Source: Octopus sinensis (taxonomy: Eukaryota). From it: 64,000 nt of DNA. The translations under genes and the position numbers were made by a program. The notes below the pieces were generated by a model, which had not been told where the DNA came from, made no database searches, and saw only the letters and a program-made list of their open reading frames with translations. The stretch covers positions 89,962,001 to 90,026,000 of the forward strand of contig NC_042997.1 in NCBI RefSeq assembly GCF_006345805.1. The letters are read 5' to 3'. The first letter of the stretch is position 1. Each line of letters opens with the position of its first letter. Positions 1 through 12,303 of this stretch are shown here, piece by piece.

Positions 1-200
1 ACGGTTGGACGGTTTTCGACCGGGGTAAAAAGGCTCGGGACTGCCCCAGGCTCCAGTCTAGTCTGCAGTGTTCTACAGCTGGATGCCCTTCTAACGCCAA
101 CCACTCCGCGAGTGTATGGTTTTTTTTACGTGCCAACCTGCACAGGTGCCAAAGGGTCTGGCATCGCCACGTTCGGAGGGTGCTTTTTATGTGGGGGGGG
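1..200 (-). mobile_element. RTE LINE 3'UTR fragment (error-rich)
   Basis: ctacagctggatgcccttctaacgccaaccactcc matches the reverse complement of the RTE tails at 6850-7007 and 21740-21910. Confidence 0.75.
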
Positions 201-429
201 AGAAAGATAGGGGACACCAGTGGGGAGGTGGTTCAGAGAAATTATGAACAGTCTAGCAATATAAATGTAGGATATCAAGGAGGGGTAATGCATGGTATAA
301 TAGCGATTGAATATATGGGGTTTTAGAATAGTAGACACCTATAATGGTGGTGGGATAAGCGATATCCGGTATATATGGAGCAAAATATAAAGATATCGGT
401 ATTGGTGGTGGGGGGGGCAAGGGCGGTGC

Positions 430-930
430 CCCGGAATATGACTGGCTGGCTTAAATGCTTTAGCAAGAAGAGGGGGGTGGCCGACAATTCAAAGAGGAGA
501 TAAAGGCAATAGTGGAACCCCGCGAAAATGGGCCGCCATTGAAAAAACCCTGTATGTAGAAATATATGCATACAGGCGAAGCTGAATATAATCAGAATCC
601 ATAATAATAATATAATAATAAAATAAATATAAGTGCGATTTTCGACCGAGGATCACGGGGCCAATACTATGTACTAATTAGTCATAATATAAATAATAAA
701 CAGCCTCAACCACAACTTAGATTAAAGAGACTCTCTTATCTTGGAACTTCGTTCTTCGCCTAACGGGATAGGACGGGCTGGCTTAAATGCTCTTAGCAAG
801 GAGAGGGGGATGCAGACAACGTAAAAGAGGTGAGAGCGAGAAGGGAAATAGTGGAACCCCGCGAAAATGGGCCGCCATGAAAAACCCCTGTATGGAGAAT
901 ATATGCCATCAAGCAAGCTGAAAATATTAC

Positions 931-974
<44 letters not shown>

Positions 975-1606
975 GCAAGTTTTCACCGAGATCAAGGGAC
1001 AATACTAATAGACTATAATAGTAATATAATAAATACTAACGAGCTCAACCACAACATTAGATTAAAGACTCTCTTATCTTGGGAACATTTCGTTCTCGCC
1101 TGACACGGGAATATGACGGCTGCTTAAATGCTCTTAGCAAAGGAGATGGGGATGCAGACAACGTAAAAGAGGAGAGAGAAGGGAAATAGTGGAACCCCCG
1201 AAATGGGCCGCATTGAAAAAACCCTGTATGGAGAATAATATGCAATACAAGGCGAAGCTGAAAATAGTAATAATATAATAAGGATAATAATTAATCTACT
1301 ATAATAGCAAATTTTCGACCGAGGATCCAAGGACAATCCTATACTACTATAATAGTATATATAAATAATAAACACGCTCAAACACAACATTAATTAGAAT
1401 AGGAAGCCTCTTATCTTGGAACAGTCGTTCTTCTTCGGCCTGACACGGAATATGACGGGCTGCTTAAATTGCTCTTAGCAAGGAGAGGGGGATGGCAGAC
1501 ACAACTTAAAAGAGGAGAGAGAGAAGGGAAAATAGTGGCACCCGCGAAATGGGTCCCGCCATTGAAAAAACCTGTTATGGAGAATAATATCAATCGGCGA
1601 GCTGAA

Positions 1607-1649
<43 letters not shown>

Positions 1650-2478
1650 GGCAATTTTTCGACCGTAAGGATCAAGGACATACTAATACTACTAATAGTA
1701 ATAATAATAAATAATAAACACTCAACCACAACATTAGATAGAAAGACTCTCTTACTGGGAACTTTCGTTCTCGGCCTGACATGGAAAATATGACGGCTGG
1801 CTTAAATGCTCTTAGCAAAGGAAGAGGGGGATGGCAGACAACGAAAAGAGGGAGAGAGAAGGGAATAGTGGAACCCCCTATAAATCGGGCCGCATTGAAA
1901 AACCCGTATGGAGAAATATATGCAATACAAGGCGAAGCTGAAATATAGTAATAATACCATAATAATAATAATAATAATAATACTAAATAATATGCAAATT
2001 TTTCGACTCGAGGATCACAGTATACAATAATACTAATACTATAATATAAGTATAATATATAAATAATAAACAGCTCAACCACAACATTAGATTAGAAGAC
2101 TCTCTTATTGGGAACATCGTTCTTCGGCCTGACACGGGAATATGACGGCTGGCTTAAAGCTCTAGCAAAGGAAGAGGGGGGATGGCAGACAACGTAAAGA
2201 GGGAAGAGAGAGAGGGAATAGTGGAACCCGCGAAATGGGCCGCCATTGAAAAAACCCCTGTATGGAGAATATATGCAATACAATCAGCTGAATAGTAATA
2301 ATAATAATAATAATATAAATAATTAATAATAATAATAATCGCAAATTTTAGACGAGGATCAAAGGTACAAATACTATACTACTAATAAGAGAATATAATA
2401 AATAATAACCAGCTCAACCGCAACATTAGATAAACGCTCTCTTATCTTGGGAACATTTCGTTACTCGGCCTGACACAT
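430..2478. repeat. Tandem repeat, ~330-350 bp unit, about 6 copies, each with an internal (AAT)n tract
   Basis: Anchor gctcttagcaa (or a close variant) recurs near 457, 789, 1130, 1471, 1809 and 2159; copies differ by many small indels. Confidence 0.9.
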
Positions 2479-2491
2479 GTGTATATATATT

Positions 2492-2591
2492 NNNNNNNNN
2501 NNNNNNNNNNNNNNNNNNNNNNNNNNNNNNNNNNNNNNNNNNNNNNNNNNNNNNNNNNNNNNNNNNNNNNNNNNNNNNNNNNNNNNNNNNN
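2492..2591. other. Assembly gap (100 N)
   Basis: Run of exactly 100 N. Confidence 1.
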
Positions 2592-3094
2592 GAATGGAAG
2601 TTGGTGTTGGGGTAAGAAAATAGGCTCCAGAGATGTTAAAATTTCTTATTGGTCAGAATAAAGAGTCACGTGGATGTGGTCATAATGAGAGGTCACATGA
2701 ATGTTTAGAATGAATGTTGGTGTGGGTGGTGTATGGAGTTTTCGAAAAAATACCATTGTTGAAAATTCTTATTGTTTAGGCTGGTCAGTAGACATCATGG
2801 GGATATTTTAAATAGCTTTTTAGTGCATAGTTAAGGAGTGTATTTTCCGCTTGACTGAATTTGGCTGGATAAGTAAGTTCATTTAGGACAGAAGAGCTAT
2901 AATATGTATGTATGTGTGCACGTGGTGTGTGTGTGTTGTGTGTTTATATGTATGTGTTGGGCGCGTGCGTGTATATATGTGTGCATGTGTGGGACACAAT
3001 TTTCAATATTTATAGTTCTGCCTGGCCTTGTGCCTGTATCGGGAAGCAACGTGTTTGTGTGAAGTCAATATTTACAGTCATTTCCTAAAAATAG
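2592..3094 (-). repeat. Inverted copy of the 3' terminal region (pLTR-like) of the adjacent Penelope-like element
   Basis: Reverse complement of 4744..5265 (gaatggaagttggtgttgggg vs ccccaacaccaacttccattc); left end cut by the gap. Confidence 0.93.
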
Positions 3095-4891
3095 CAACTT
3101 CATTGATACCCTTCTCAAGCCCTTCCTCAAACACATTAAAAGCTACATAAAGGACGATCTAGATATGCTCAACCACCTCCCCAATACACTTCTTGCTGAA
3201 CAAACCCTGCTAGTAACATTTGATGTAGTTAATCTTTACTCCAACATCCCCCACAACCTAGGAATAGAAGCTATCCAATTCTGGCTGGATAATTACTCCA
3301 ACGAACTCCCACACCGCATTAAAAAGGAATTTATTTTAGAAGGACTCAAATTCATCTTAGAGAATAATTTCTTCACCTTCAACAACAAATTCTACAGACA
3401 GAAATCAGGGACGGCAATGGGAATGAAAACAGCTCCCACTTACGCCAACCTAGTCATGGGATACCTGGAAATCACCCTCTATAATAACGTTCTTAACCAA
3501 TTTGGCACCACTCTCCACACACATACATAGAGAAGAACTGGAAGAGATATCTTGATGACTGCTTCATCCTTTGGCCCGAAACCGTCAAGAAGCTTAAAGA
3601 ATTTCACACCCTTATAAATGGGCTCAACACAAACATTATTTTCACAATGGAATACGGCCCTCAACAAATTCCCTTCCTCGACATCCTCATTAAAATTCAC
3701 AACAAAAAAATAGAAACAGACATATACTACAAGCTCACAGACTCCAAGCAATACCTCCCTTTCAATTCATGCCACCCTAGACACGTTAAAATTAACATTC
3801 CCTACAACTTAGCCAAGAGAATTTGCACTATAGTCTCCAATAAAAACACCCGTCTCTTACGTCTACAAGAACTTAAGGACACATTAACAAGCAGGGATTA
3901 CCCCACGTCACTAATTGACAATGGGTTCCAACGCGCCCTAAAACGCAGCACACAGGAACTTAGACGCCCTAAACCTGTTACATCAAAACCCCATACTCTA
4001 CCATACATCTCTACACACAACCCCCTCAACAATGAAGCTTTTGACACCATCCTCCAGAACATTCCTGTATTAAAAAAGGACCATAGAATGAACCAAATCC
4101 TCCTAACACACGAAATCATAAAGAGCAAAAGGCAACCCAAATCATTGAAAACCATCCTAACAAATGCCAAAGTTCTGCCAACCACAACAACTAAACCCAC
4201 AGTAAACAAATGCAATAGACCCAACTGTGGTATATGCATCAACCTAATAGAAGGTCCGGAATTCCTTTTTAAACAAGGACAACGTTTCACAGTAAAGCAC
4301 AACTTCACATGCGCATCAGAAAACCTAGTATATGTCTTAACTTGCTCGGGCTGTAATGAACACTACATAGGCCAAACTAAAAATAGCCTCCGCCAACGCA
4401 TGACTCCACAGATCCCAAATAAAAATACAGGAATACAGAAAAATAGCACTTAGTGCACATATAGATACCTGTGCCGCACAACTTCATCCCAATTTTAGAA
4501 TCTTTCCCCTCTACAAATTTAAAGACAATGCCACTCATACCCAGCGAATAACCATGGAATCCCACCTTATTAATAAATACAGACCACTTCTAAACACATC
4601 CCCCTATAACGAACCCACAACAAACACACTTACACCTGCACACACCCTACACACACTTTTACCCAGATATTAACACCATGACACACGCAAATATATGGTT
4701 CCACACATACACATAATTTGATACGGGTGCAAAACATCCAACACTATTTTTTGGAAATGACTGTAAATATTGACTTCACACAAACACATTGCTTCCCGAT
4801 ACAGGCACAAGGCCAGCAGAACTATAAATATTGAAAATTGTACCCACACACGCACACATATATACATGCACGCACGCCCCAACATACATAT

Positions 4892-4929
<38 letters not shown>

Positions 4930-5265
4930 ACACATACATACATATAGCTCTTCCTGTCCTAAATGAACTTACTTATCCAGCTCAAATTCAGTGAAGCGGA
5001 AAATAAACTCCTTAACTATGCACTAAAAAGCTATTTAAAATATCCCCATGATGTCTACTGACCAGCCTGAACAATAAGAATTTTCAACAATGGTATTTTC
5101 GAAAACTCCATACACCACCCAAACCAACATTCATTCTAAACATTCATGTGACCTCTCTATTATGACCACATCCATGTGACCTCTTTATTCTGACCAATAA
5201 GAAATTTTAGCCAAATTTTAACATCTCTGGAGCCTATTTTCTTACCCCAACACCAACTTCCATTC
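3095..5265 (+). mobile_element. Penelope-like retroelement, 5'-truncated; RT + GIY-YIG endonuclease with two 2-bp frameshifts, then 3' repeat
   Basis: FDVVNLYSNIPH, GTAMG..AP.YANL, WKRYLDDCF (after frameshift at ~3525), PFLD, CxxxxCxxC linker, NLVYVLTCSGCNEHYIGQT..RQRM, ME..LI..YRPLLN; coding region ends ~4672. Confidence 0.93.
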
Positions 5266-5619
5266 AAACATTCATGTGACCCCTTTATAATGACCAATCA
5301 AAATTGTATTGACCATTGTCCACAAGAAATTTTAGGCGCGAAACCAAGCAAATCTTAAACAACTCTGGAGCCTCTTTTTTCACATATGAGAGACAGCAAA
5401 CCCAACATAAAGTCAGATAAGTGAAAAAAATCTATCAGAAAGGAACTCTATCTCTCTTTAAAAAATATCTTTTGATAAGCATAACAAATGCGCAACCGGT
5501 AAAAAGAACTTTCACCTAATTAAATACACTCTCCCTTACTTAAATTAATTTGTCAGCATTTTCTTCATTTCCTATTTTTATATATCACAACTCGTGTTCC
5601 ACATCTCCGTTTTTAATAT

Positions 5620-5652
<33 letters not shown>

Positions 5653-5679
5653 TTATTTACATATATATATATATTTATT

Positions 5680-5714
<35 letters not shown>

Positions 5715-5733
5715 TTACATATATATATATATA

Positions 5734-7005
5734 TATGCCAATGACCTAGCTCTCATAGCAGAATCACTACCGGAACTAGAAGAGAAATTTCGGGTGTGGA
5801 AGCAAGGGTTGGAATCAAAGGGCCTTAGAATAAATGTAGCAAAGACCAAAGTATTAGTAAGCAGCAAGAGGTACTCAGGTGGCCCTGCTCAACCTGTAGG
5901 AAAGGTACAGGTAGAAACTCCATAAGATGCACCCAATGTAAGTTATGGACACATAAGAGGTGCAGCAACATTAAAGGGAAATTAACAGATAAGATAGTTT
6001 TCATGTGCGGCAGATGCACAGGGACAATAGACACAACAGACACTCAGAAAACAGATTCCATCACACTCCAGGGAGAGAAACTAGAAGTAGTTGATAGTTT
6101 CCGCTACCTGGTGACCAAGTTAGTAAGGAGGTGGATGCACAGAGAGTATCACCACTAGAATACGAATAGCCTGGGCAAAGTTCAGAAAGCTCCTACCCCT
6201 ACTGGCAACAAAAGGTCTCCCCTCAGAGCGAAAGGTAGATTGTATGATGCATGTGTGCGAACTGCCATGCTCCACGGTAATGAAACATGGGCTGTGACTG
6301 CAGAAGACATGCGTAGACTTGAAAGAAATGAGCTAGCATGATCCGCTGGATGTGTAGTGTCAGTGTGCACGCAAGACAGAGTGTAAGCATCCTGAGAGAA
6401 ATACTGGATATAAGAAGCATCAGATGTGGTGTGCAAGAGCGACGCTTGCGATGGTATGGTCATGTGCTGCGGATGGATGAAGAGAGATGTGTGAAGAAGT
6501 GCCACTCCCAAACATTTGAAGGTATCAGGGGGAGAGGTAGACCCAGGAAGACATGGGATGAGGTAGTCAAGCATGACCTCAGAGCATTGGGCCTCACTGA
6601 GGCAATGGCGAAGGACCGAGATCTCTGGAGATATGCTGTGACTACAAAGACCCGGGCTGCTTTCTGCAGCAATTCCACTTACCCCCTACCCATTCTAAGT
6701 ACCCCGGATCCCCAAAGTACCCTGGATCCCCAAAGTACCCCGGACCTCGTTGCCCCCGGTGCCGCTGACACGTTAAAAGCTCGAACCGATCGTGACCGAT
6801 GCCGGACCCTCCGGCCCCTGTGCAGGTGGCATGTAAAAAGCACCCAATCCACTCACGGAGTGGTTGGCGTTAGGAAGGGCATCCAGCCATAGAAACTCTG
6901 CCAGATTCAGACTGGAGCCTGGAGCGGCCCCTGGCTTCCCAGACCCAGTCGAACCGTCCAACCCGTGCTAGCGCGGAAAGCGGACGTTAAACGATGATGA
7001 TGATG

Positions 7006-7007
<2 letters not shown>
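5734..7007 (+). mobile_element. RTE LINE, 5'-truncated and frameshifted, (GAT)n tail, flanked by (TA)n on both sides
   Basis: ANDLALIAES..., PHD-like segment, [19 protein letters not shown], 3'UTR ending aaacgatgatgat. Confidence 0.9.
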
Positions 7008-7048
<41 letters not shown>

Positions 7049-7373
7049 TATTTGTGTATATATATGTACATGTGTATATATGTGTATATATATATGCATA
7101 TATATATATATGTATGTATGTATATATGTATGCATATATATATATATATATGTATGTATATATGTATGTATGTATATATATATATATATATATATGGATA
7201 CATATATCTGTATGTATGTATATATATATATGGATACATATATCTTTATGTATGCATATATATATATATAGAATAAATCTTTACATATATAAATAACGTG
7301 AAATACACGAAGGGACAAACATAAGAGACAGACGGGTCATTCAAAGCCTTCGTTCTTCAGTCATATATATATA

Positions 7374-7405
<32 letters not shown>

Positions 7406-7432
7406 CTGTATGTATGTATGTATGTATGTATG

Positions 7433-7468
<36 letters not shown>

Positions 7469-7625
7469 GGATACATATATCTCTATGTATTTATGTATGT
7501 ATAAATATATATATATATATTATATATATATACGTATGTATGTACATATATATATATATATTATATATATATATATATATTATATATATAATATATATAT
7601 AATATATACATATATATATATAGAC
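7008..7625. repeat. Compound (TA)n/(TATG)n microsatellite, interrupted at ~7270-7345
   Basis: Direct inspection. Confidence 0.95.
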
Positions 7626-7635
7626 TGATTTATAC

Positions 7636-7768
7636 TACATAATCTCCGAAGAGGCCTTATGATATTTTTGTAGATGTCTCATTTATATCTATATATTGAC
7701 CTACTATAAAAGGGTAAATGGTAAATGAGACATACTTATCTACATGGCCGAAACAGCTGTAAGATGTA
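7636..7768 (+). ncRNA. Type I hammerhead-ribozyme-like motif (PLE pLTR type) with variant core CCGAAGA
   Basis: TCT(7643-45)-CCGAAGA-GGCC...GGCC-GAAA-CAGCTG-TA-AGA(7762-64); long internal hairpin in loop II; palindromic minimal stem III. Confidence 0.65.
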
Positions 7769-7999
7769 ATCTATACTTATAGTTATATTTACTTATATTT
7801 ATATTCTCTTTTATATATATTCTACTTATTATACTACATTAGTCTTTTATGTACACTTTTTTATGTGCATTCCTTTATGTACACTGATTTGTTCTGCTTT
7901 TTATATTTAACCCTACAGTCCCTTATGTGGTGGTTTAATAAAGTATGTGATTTAGTATTATCTGGTAATTGATATTTTCTTTAGATGTATTTCTCCATT

Positions 8000-8119
8000 T
8001 TCTTATCTTGTATATATATATATATCTATATATATATATATATATACATATAGATGTATATATGTATATATATGCATATATATATATATGTATATATATG
8101 CATATATATATATGTGTGT

Positions 8120-8154
<35 letters not shown>

Positions 8155-8194
8155 GATGTATATATATATATATGTGTGTGTGTGTGTATGTGTA

Positions 8195-8240
<46 letters not shown>

Positions 8241-8806
8241 TGTATATATGTATATATATGCATATATATGTATGTATAGATGTATATATGTATATATATA
8301 TGTATAGATGTATATATGCATATATATGTATGTATAGATGTATATATGTATAGATGTATATATGTATATATATATATGTATAGATGTATAGATGTATATA
8401 TGTATATATATATGTATAGATGTATAGATGTATATATGTATATATATATATGTATAGATGTATATATGTATATATATGCATATATATGTATGTATATATC
8501 TATATATATATGTATATATGTATATATATGCATATATATGTATGTATATATGTATATATATATGTATAGATGTATATATGTATATATATATATATATATG
8601 TATAGGTGTATATATGTATATATATATATATATATGTATAGATGTATATATGTATATATATGCATATATATGTATGTATAGATGTATATATGTATAGATG
8701 TATAGATGTATATATGTATATATATGTATATATATGTATATGTATATATAGATGTATATATATATATATGTATATGTATATATAGATGTATATGTATGTA
8801 TAGATG

Positions 8807-8838
<32 letters not shown>

Positions 8839-9123
8839 CATATATGTGTGTGTATATATTTATATATATATGCATATATATATATATATGTATTATATAT
8901 ATATATAGTATATATATATATATATATGTTATATATATATGTATATATATATGTATGTATGTATATATGTATGTATATATATATATGTGTGTGTGTGTGT
9001 ATATATATTATATATATGTGTGTGTGTGTGTATATATATGTATATATATATGTGTGTGTGTGTGTGTGTATATATATGTATATATATATGTGTGTGTGTG
9101 TGTGTATATATATGTATATATAT

Positions 9124-9156
<33 letters not shown>

Positions 9157-9300
9157 GTATATATATATATATATGTATGTATGTATATATAGATATGTAT
9201 GTTTGTATGTATAATGTAAGTATATAATAATATGAATATATGCATACATGCATACTTATATGTACATATCTACATATATATGTATATATACATGTAGATA
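8000..9300. repeat. 1.3-kb cryptic (TA)n/(TATG)n/(TG)n microsatellite
   Basis: Direct inspection; source of many spurious YI/HT-rich ORFs. Confidence 0.97.
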
Positions 9301-9589
9301 TTGGTACAGGAAATCAAAAAAATTTTGAACAGGATGTGAAAAGCAAAAACTTAGAAACGAGCTTTTTCTTGAACAACGTAAAAAACAAACAGAGAAATGA
9401 GACATGTAACATAAAGAATATTCCCCTCTTTGGTTGTCCCTGTTTCATCCACTCCACGTTTTGAAGGGAAGGACAATACGTGAGTTTGTGGAGACAGTCC
9501 TTCCCACAAAGCAAATGAAATAAAAGTTGGGATTTTTTGTGGAGGGTGAAAGTGGTAACGAGAAGAGGACAGTGAGAACATTGTGCTCT

Positions 9590-10805
9590 TCTCCTGCCAA
9601 GAAATTTGATTTGTATTTATTAAGCAATTGTGGTGAGTCGTGGGTAGAATTTTGAGAGCTTCTTTTAAGGAAAGTCTACAACTAGATTGTTGACTCTGAT
9701 ATGGCTTACCTGAGTGTATCATAGCCCAGGAAAGTTTATAATGTATTTTTCTATTAATTAGATGGTGTATGTGGCTGGCTAGTGATATGGAATTACTCTT
9801 CTCCTTTTATGTAAACAAGTTTAAATGCATGTAACACCTTTGTTTAAAATTGGTTCTGGTACCAATGTAGTAGCTACAGGAATTATTTACCATGTTGTGA
9901 ACAGTGCATCGGTATATGAATCTTCTCTATAGGCTTGCAACGGGCAATCTGTCCGGGATCTGCAGTTGCAGTTATTGGTTCCTTAGTGGTTAATTGGAGA
10001 GAGAGATGAGGTAGTGCTGGTAGTGGCTAGGGTGGTATTAGGTGAATCAATCGTAATATTACTTCTATTATTGTTGTTGTTTCTAGTATTGATACCAACA
10101 TGAGCATTACCGTTATTATTCTTTATCATTATCGGCGTCACTGTTGTAATTATTATTAATAGTAGTAGTAGTAGTGTTAGTAGTTTCGATAGTATTACTA
10201 GTAATAGTAGTTGTAGCAGCAGGGGCAGTAGTAATATCATTTGTAGTAGTGTTAGTATTGGCAGTAGTAGAGGAGGTGGTATTATTGATGTCATCACTGC
10301 AGCTATTAACAGTTGTGTTAATAATAGTATGATTTTCAGTAATGGTAAAATTGCCATTGGCGTTAGTATTAATATTATTGCTATTCCTATTAGTAGTTGA
10401 AGTATATGTATTGTTAGTTGTAGTGGTTGTAATGTAATTAGTATTGTTAGTATCAGTGTGCCTTTTAGTGTTTGTGTTGGTTTCAGGTGTGCACCCATTA
10501 CCCTCAGCCGGGGATTATACTATATATGTTTAAGTTGTTCACAGTATTCAGGACATGGATGTTAGATATGTTATTGTGATCTGTGTTAGTGTTTTCATTG
10601 TGTAGGTCTATGGTAGGGTTGTCTGTATTTAGATAGTAGAAACTAAGTTTTCGTTTATTGGATGAGGTGATTATAGATTCTAAGTTTGGTGTAGATGAAT
10701 AGGATAATTTCAAAGTGGATCTGTTAAAGATAGAAGGTACTTATGTTTATATGGGAAATTGGACTCTACTATTTGAAAGAAAGCTTCAGTGAGGCCCTTA
10801 ATGTT
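9590..10805 (-). mobile_element. Decayed Penelope-like element: thumb/linker, Asn/Thr-rich insert, GIY-YIG endonuclease
   Basis: NFPYKHKY..KLSYSSTPNLESII (10500-10800), CNCRSRTDCPL, YRCTV..YYIGT..FKQR..H, LSWAMI..PY..SCRLSLKE; stops and frameshifts present. Confidence 0.85.
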
Positions 10806-11080
10806 TAAAGCCAATAGATGCGTATACCAGAGAATAGATCTCCCACCTCTTTTATTAGGCAAGTTAGGGAAGGTCTACTATATAAGGACTTCAACCCACA
10901 TGGATATACGCAGGATTCCACTAAAGACTCATGCTTTGGTTTCTATAACTTCAGAAAGTTGAACTATGAACTTTTATGCCTCTTTTTTCTTCTCTCTTTC
11001 CATCTCCTTATTCTTTTACTCCTTTCCTCTATGTTATCTTATTGATATATACCATTCTCATTTTCCATATTTTTCCCCAA

Positions 11081-11142
11081 TTTGTCTCTGATGAGAGTAT
11101 ATCCCATATTCGAGGATATCCCAGAAACAGCTGTAAGATTTT
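11081..11142 (+). ncRNA. Second hammerhead-ribozyme-like motif, stem II base degenerate
   Basis: TCT-CTGATGA(11088-94)-g..ATATCC/GGATAT..-GAAA(11124-27)-CAGCTG-TA-AGA; same GAAACAGCTGTAAGAT core as at 7750. Confidence 0.6.
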
Positions 11143-11356
11143 GAATTTCTTAATCATATTGTATATGACTTGAGATATTTGCCTTGCCTTAATGTTTGAT
11201 GTCCAGTTTAACAATTATATATCTGCTACATCGGAAATCTGCAATGGCTCCGTAACTAACGTCTTGGCTATAACCTTGGAGCCCTAGCAATCCATTATGG
11301 CACTTAGCTAGCATACCTAATCGTATAGATCACCTGTGAACTAAAACCCCATACTT

Positions 11357-11380
11357 TGTATGTATGTGTGTGTGTGTATG

Positions 11381-11421
<41 letters not shown>

Positions 11422-11890
11422 GTATATGTGTGTGTGTATATATATGTATATATGTGTGTGTGTATATATATGTATATATGTGTGTGTGTATATATATGTA
11501 TATATGTGTGTGTGTGTATATATATATATGTATATGTGTGTGTGTGTGTATATATATGTATATGTGTGTGTGTGTGTATATATATGTATATGTGTGTGTG
11601 TGTGTATATATATATATAGTTATGTGTATGTGTATATATACATATATATATGTGTATGTGTACATATATGTATGTGTATGTGTGCATATATGTATGTGCA
11701 TGTATGTATATGTGTATATATATGTATATGTGTATATATATGTATATGTGTATATATGTATGTATATGTGTATATATGTATATATATATGTGTATATATG
11801 TATATATATATGTGTATGTATATATATATTTGTGTGGGGGGGGTATATATATGTATATATGTATATATTTATTTGTGTGTGTGTATATCT
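11357..11890. repeat. Compound (TG)n/(TA)n microsatellite
   Basis: Direct inspection. Confidence 0.95.
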
Positions 11891-12234
11891 GAGAAAGAGT
11901 GTGTAGCTGTTTTGTCATTTGCATATTGATCGAAAATAAAGTCGCTTGTGTTTACAAATGGTGTTATTTGTTTATTTGTTTATAATTTTTCACAAAAAAA
12001 TATATCTAGCCATAGAACTGTTTATTATTGAAAGAACTAGATGGAATATTACATTACTTGGAAACAGTAAGAGAATCTGATCACAGTAAATCTACTTCAT
12101 TAAGTTTTGTCTGACCCTTGCAAGCTTAAAATAGTAGATGTTGAAATTGCACGCGTGCATGCACACACACATGCATGCCCACACACATGCATGCCCACAC
12201 ACACTCACTCACTCACTCTCTCTCTCTCTCTCTT

Positions 12235-12302
<68 letters not shown>

Positions 12303-12303
<1 letters not shown>

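Noticed and set aside
7285-7345. Minus-strand CTGAAGA-ACGAAGG...CCTTCGT hairpin, hammerhead-like
   Set aside because: The stem is followed by GTAT, not GAAA, and no stem III or cleavage triplet is evident
9983-10498. 171-aa Leu/Ile-rich minus ORF resembling a membrane protein
   Set aside because: Shifted frame of the low-complexity PLE linker
6907-11929. Many long ORFs rich in Y/I/H/T/C/V (e.g. 7935..9245, 436 aa)
   Set aside because: Translations of stop-free (TA)n/(TG)n microsatellite; no coding signal
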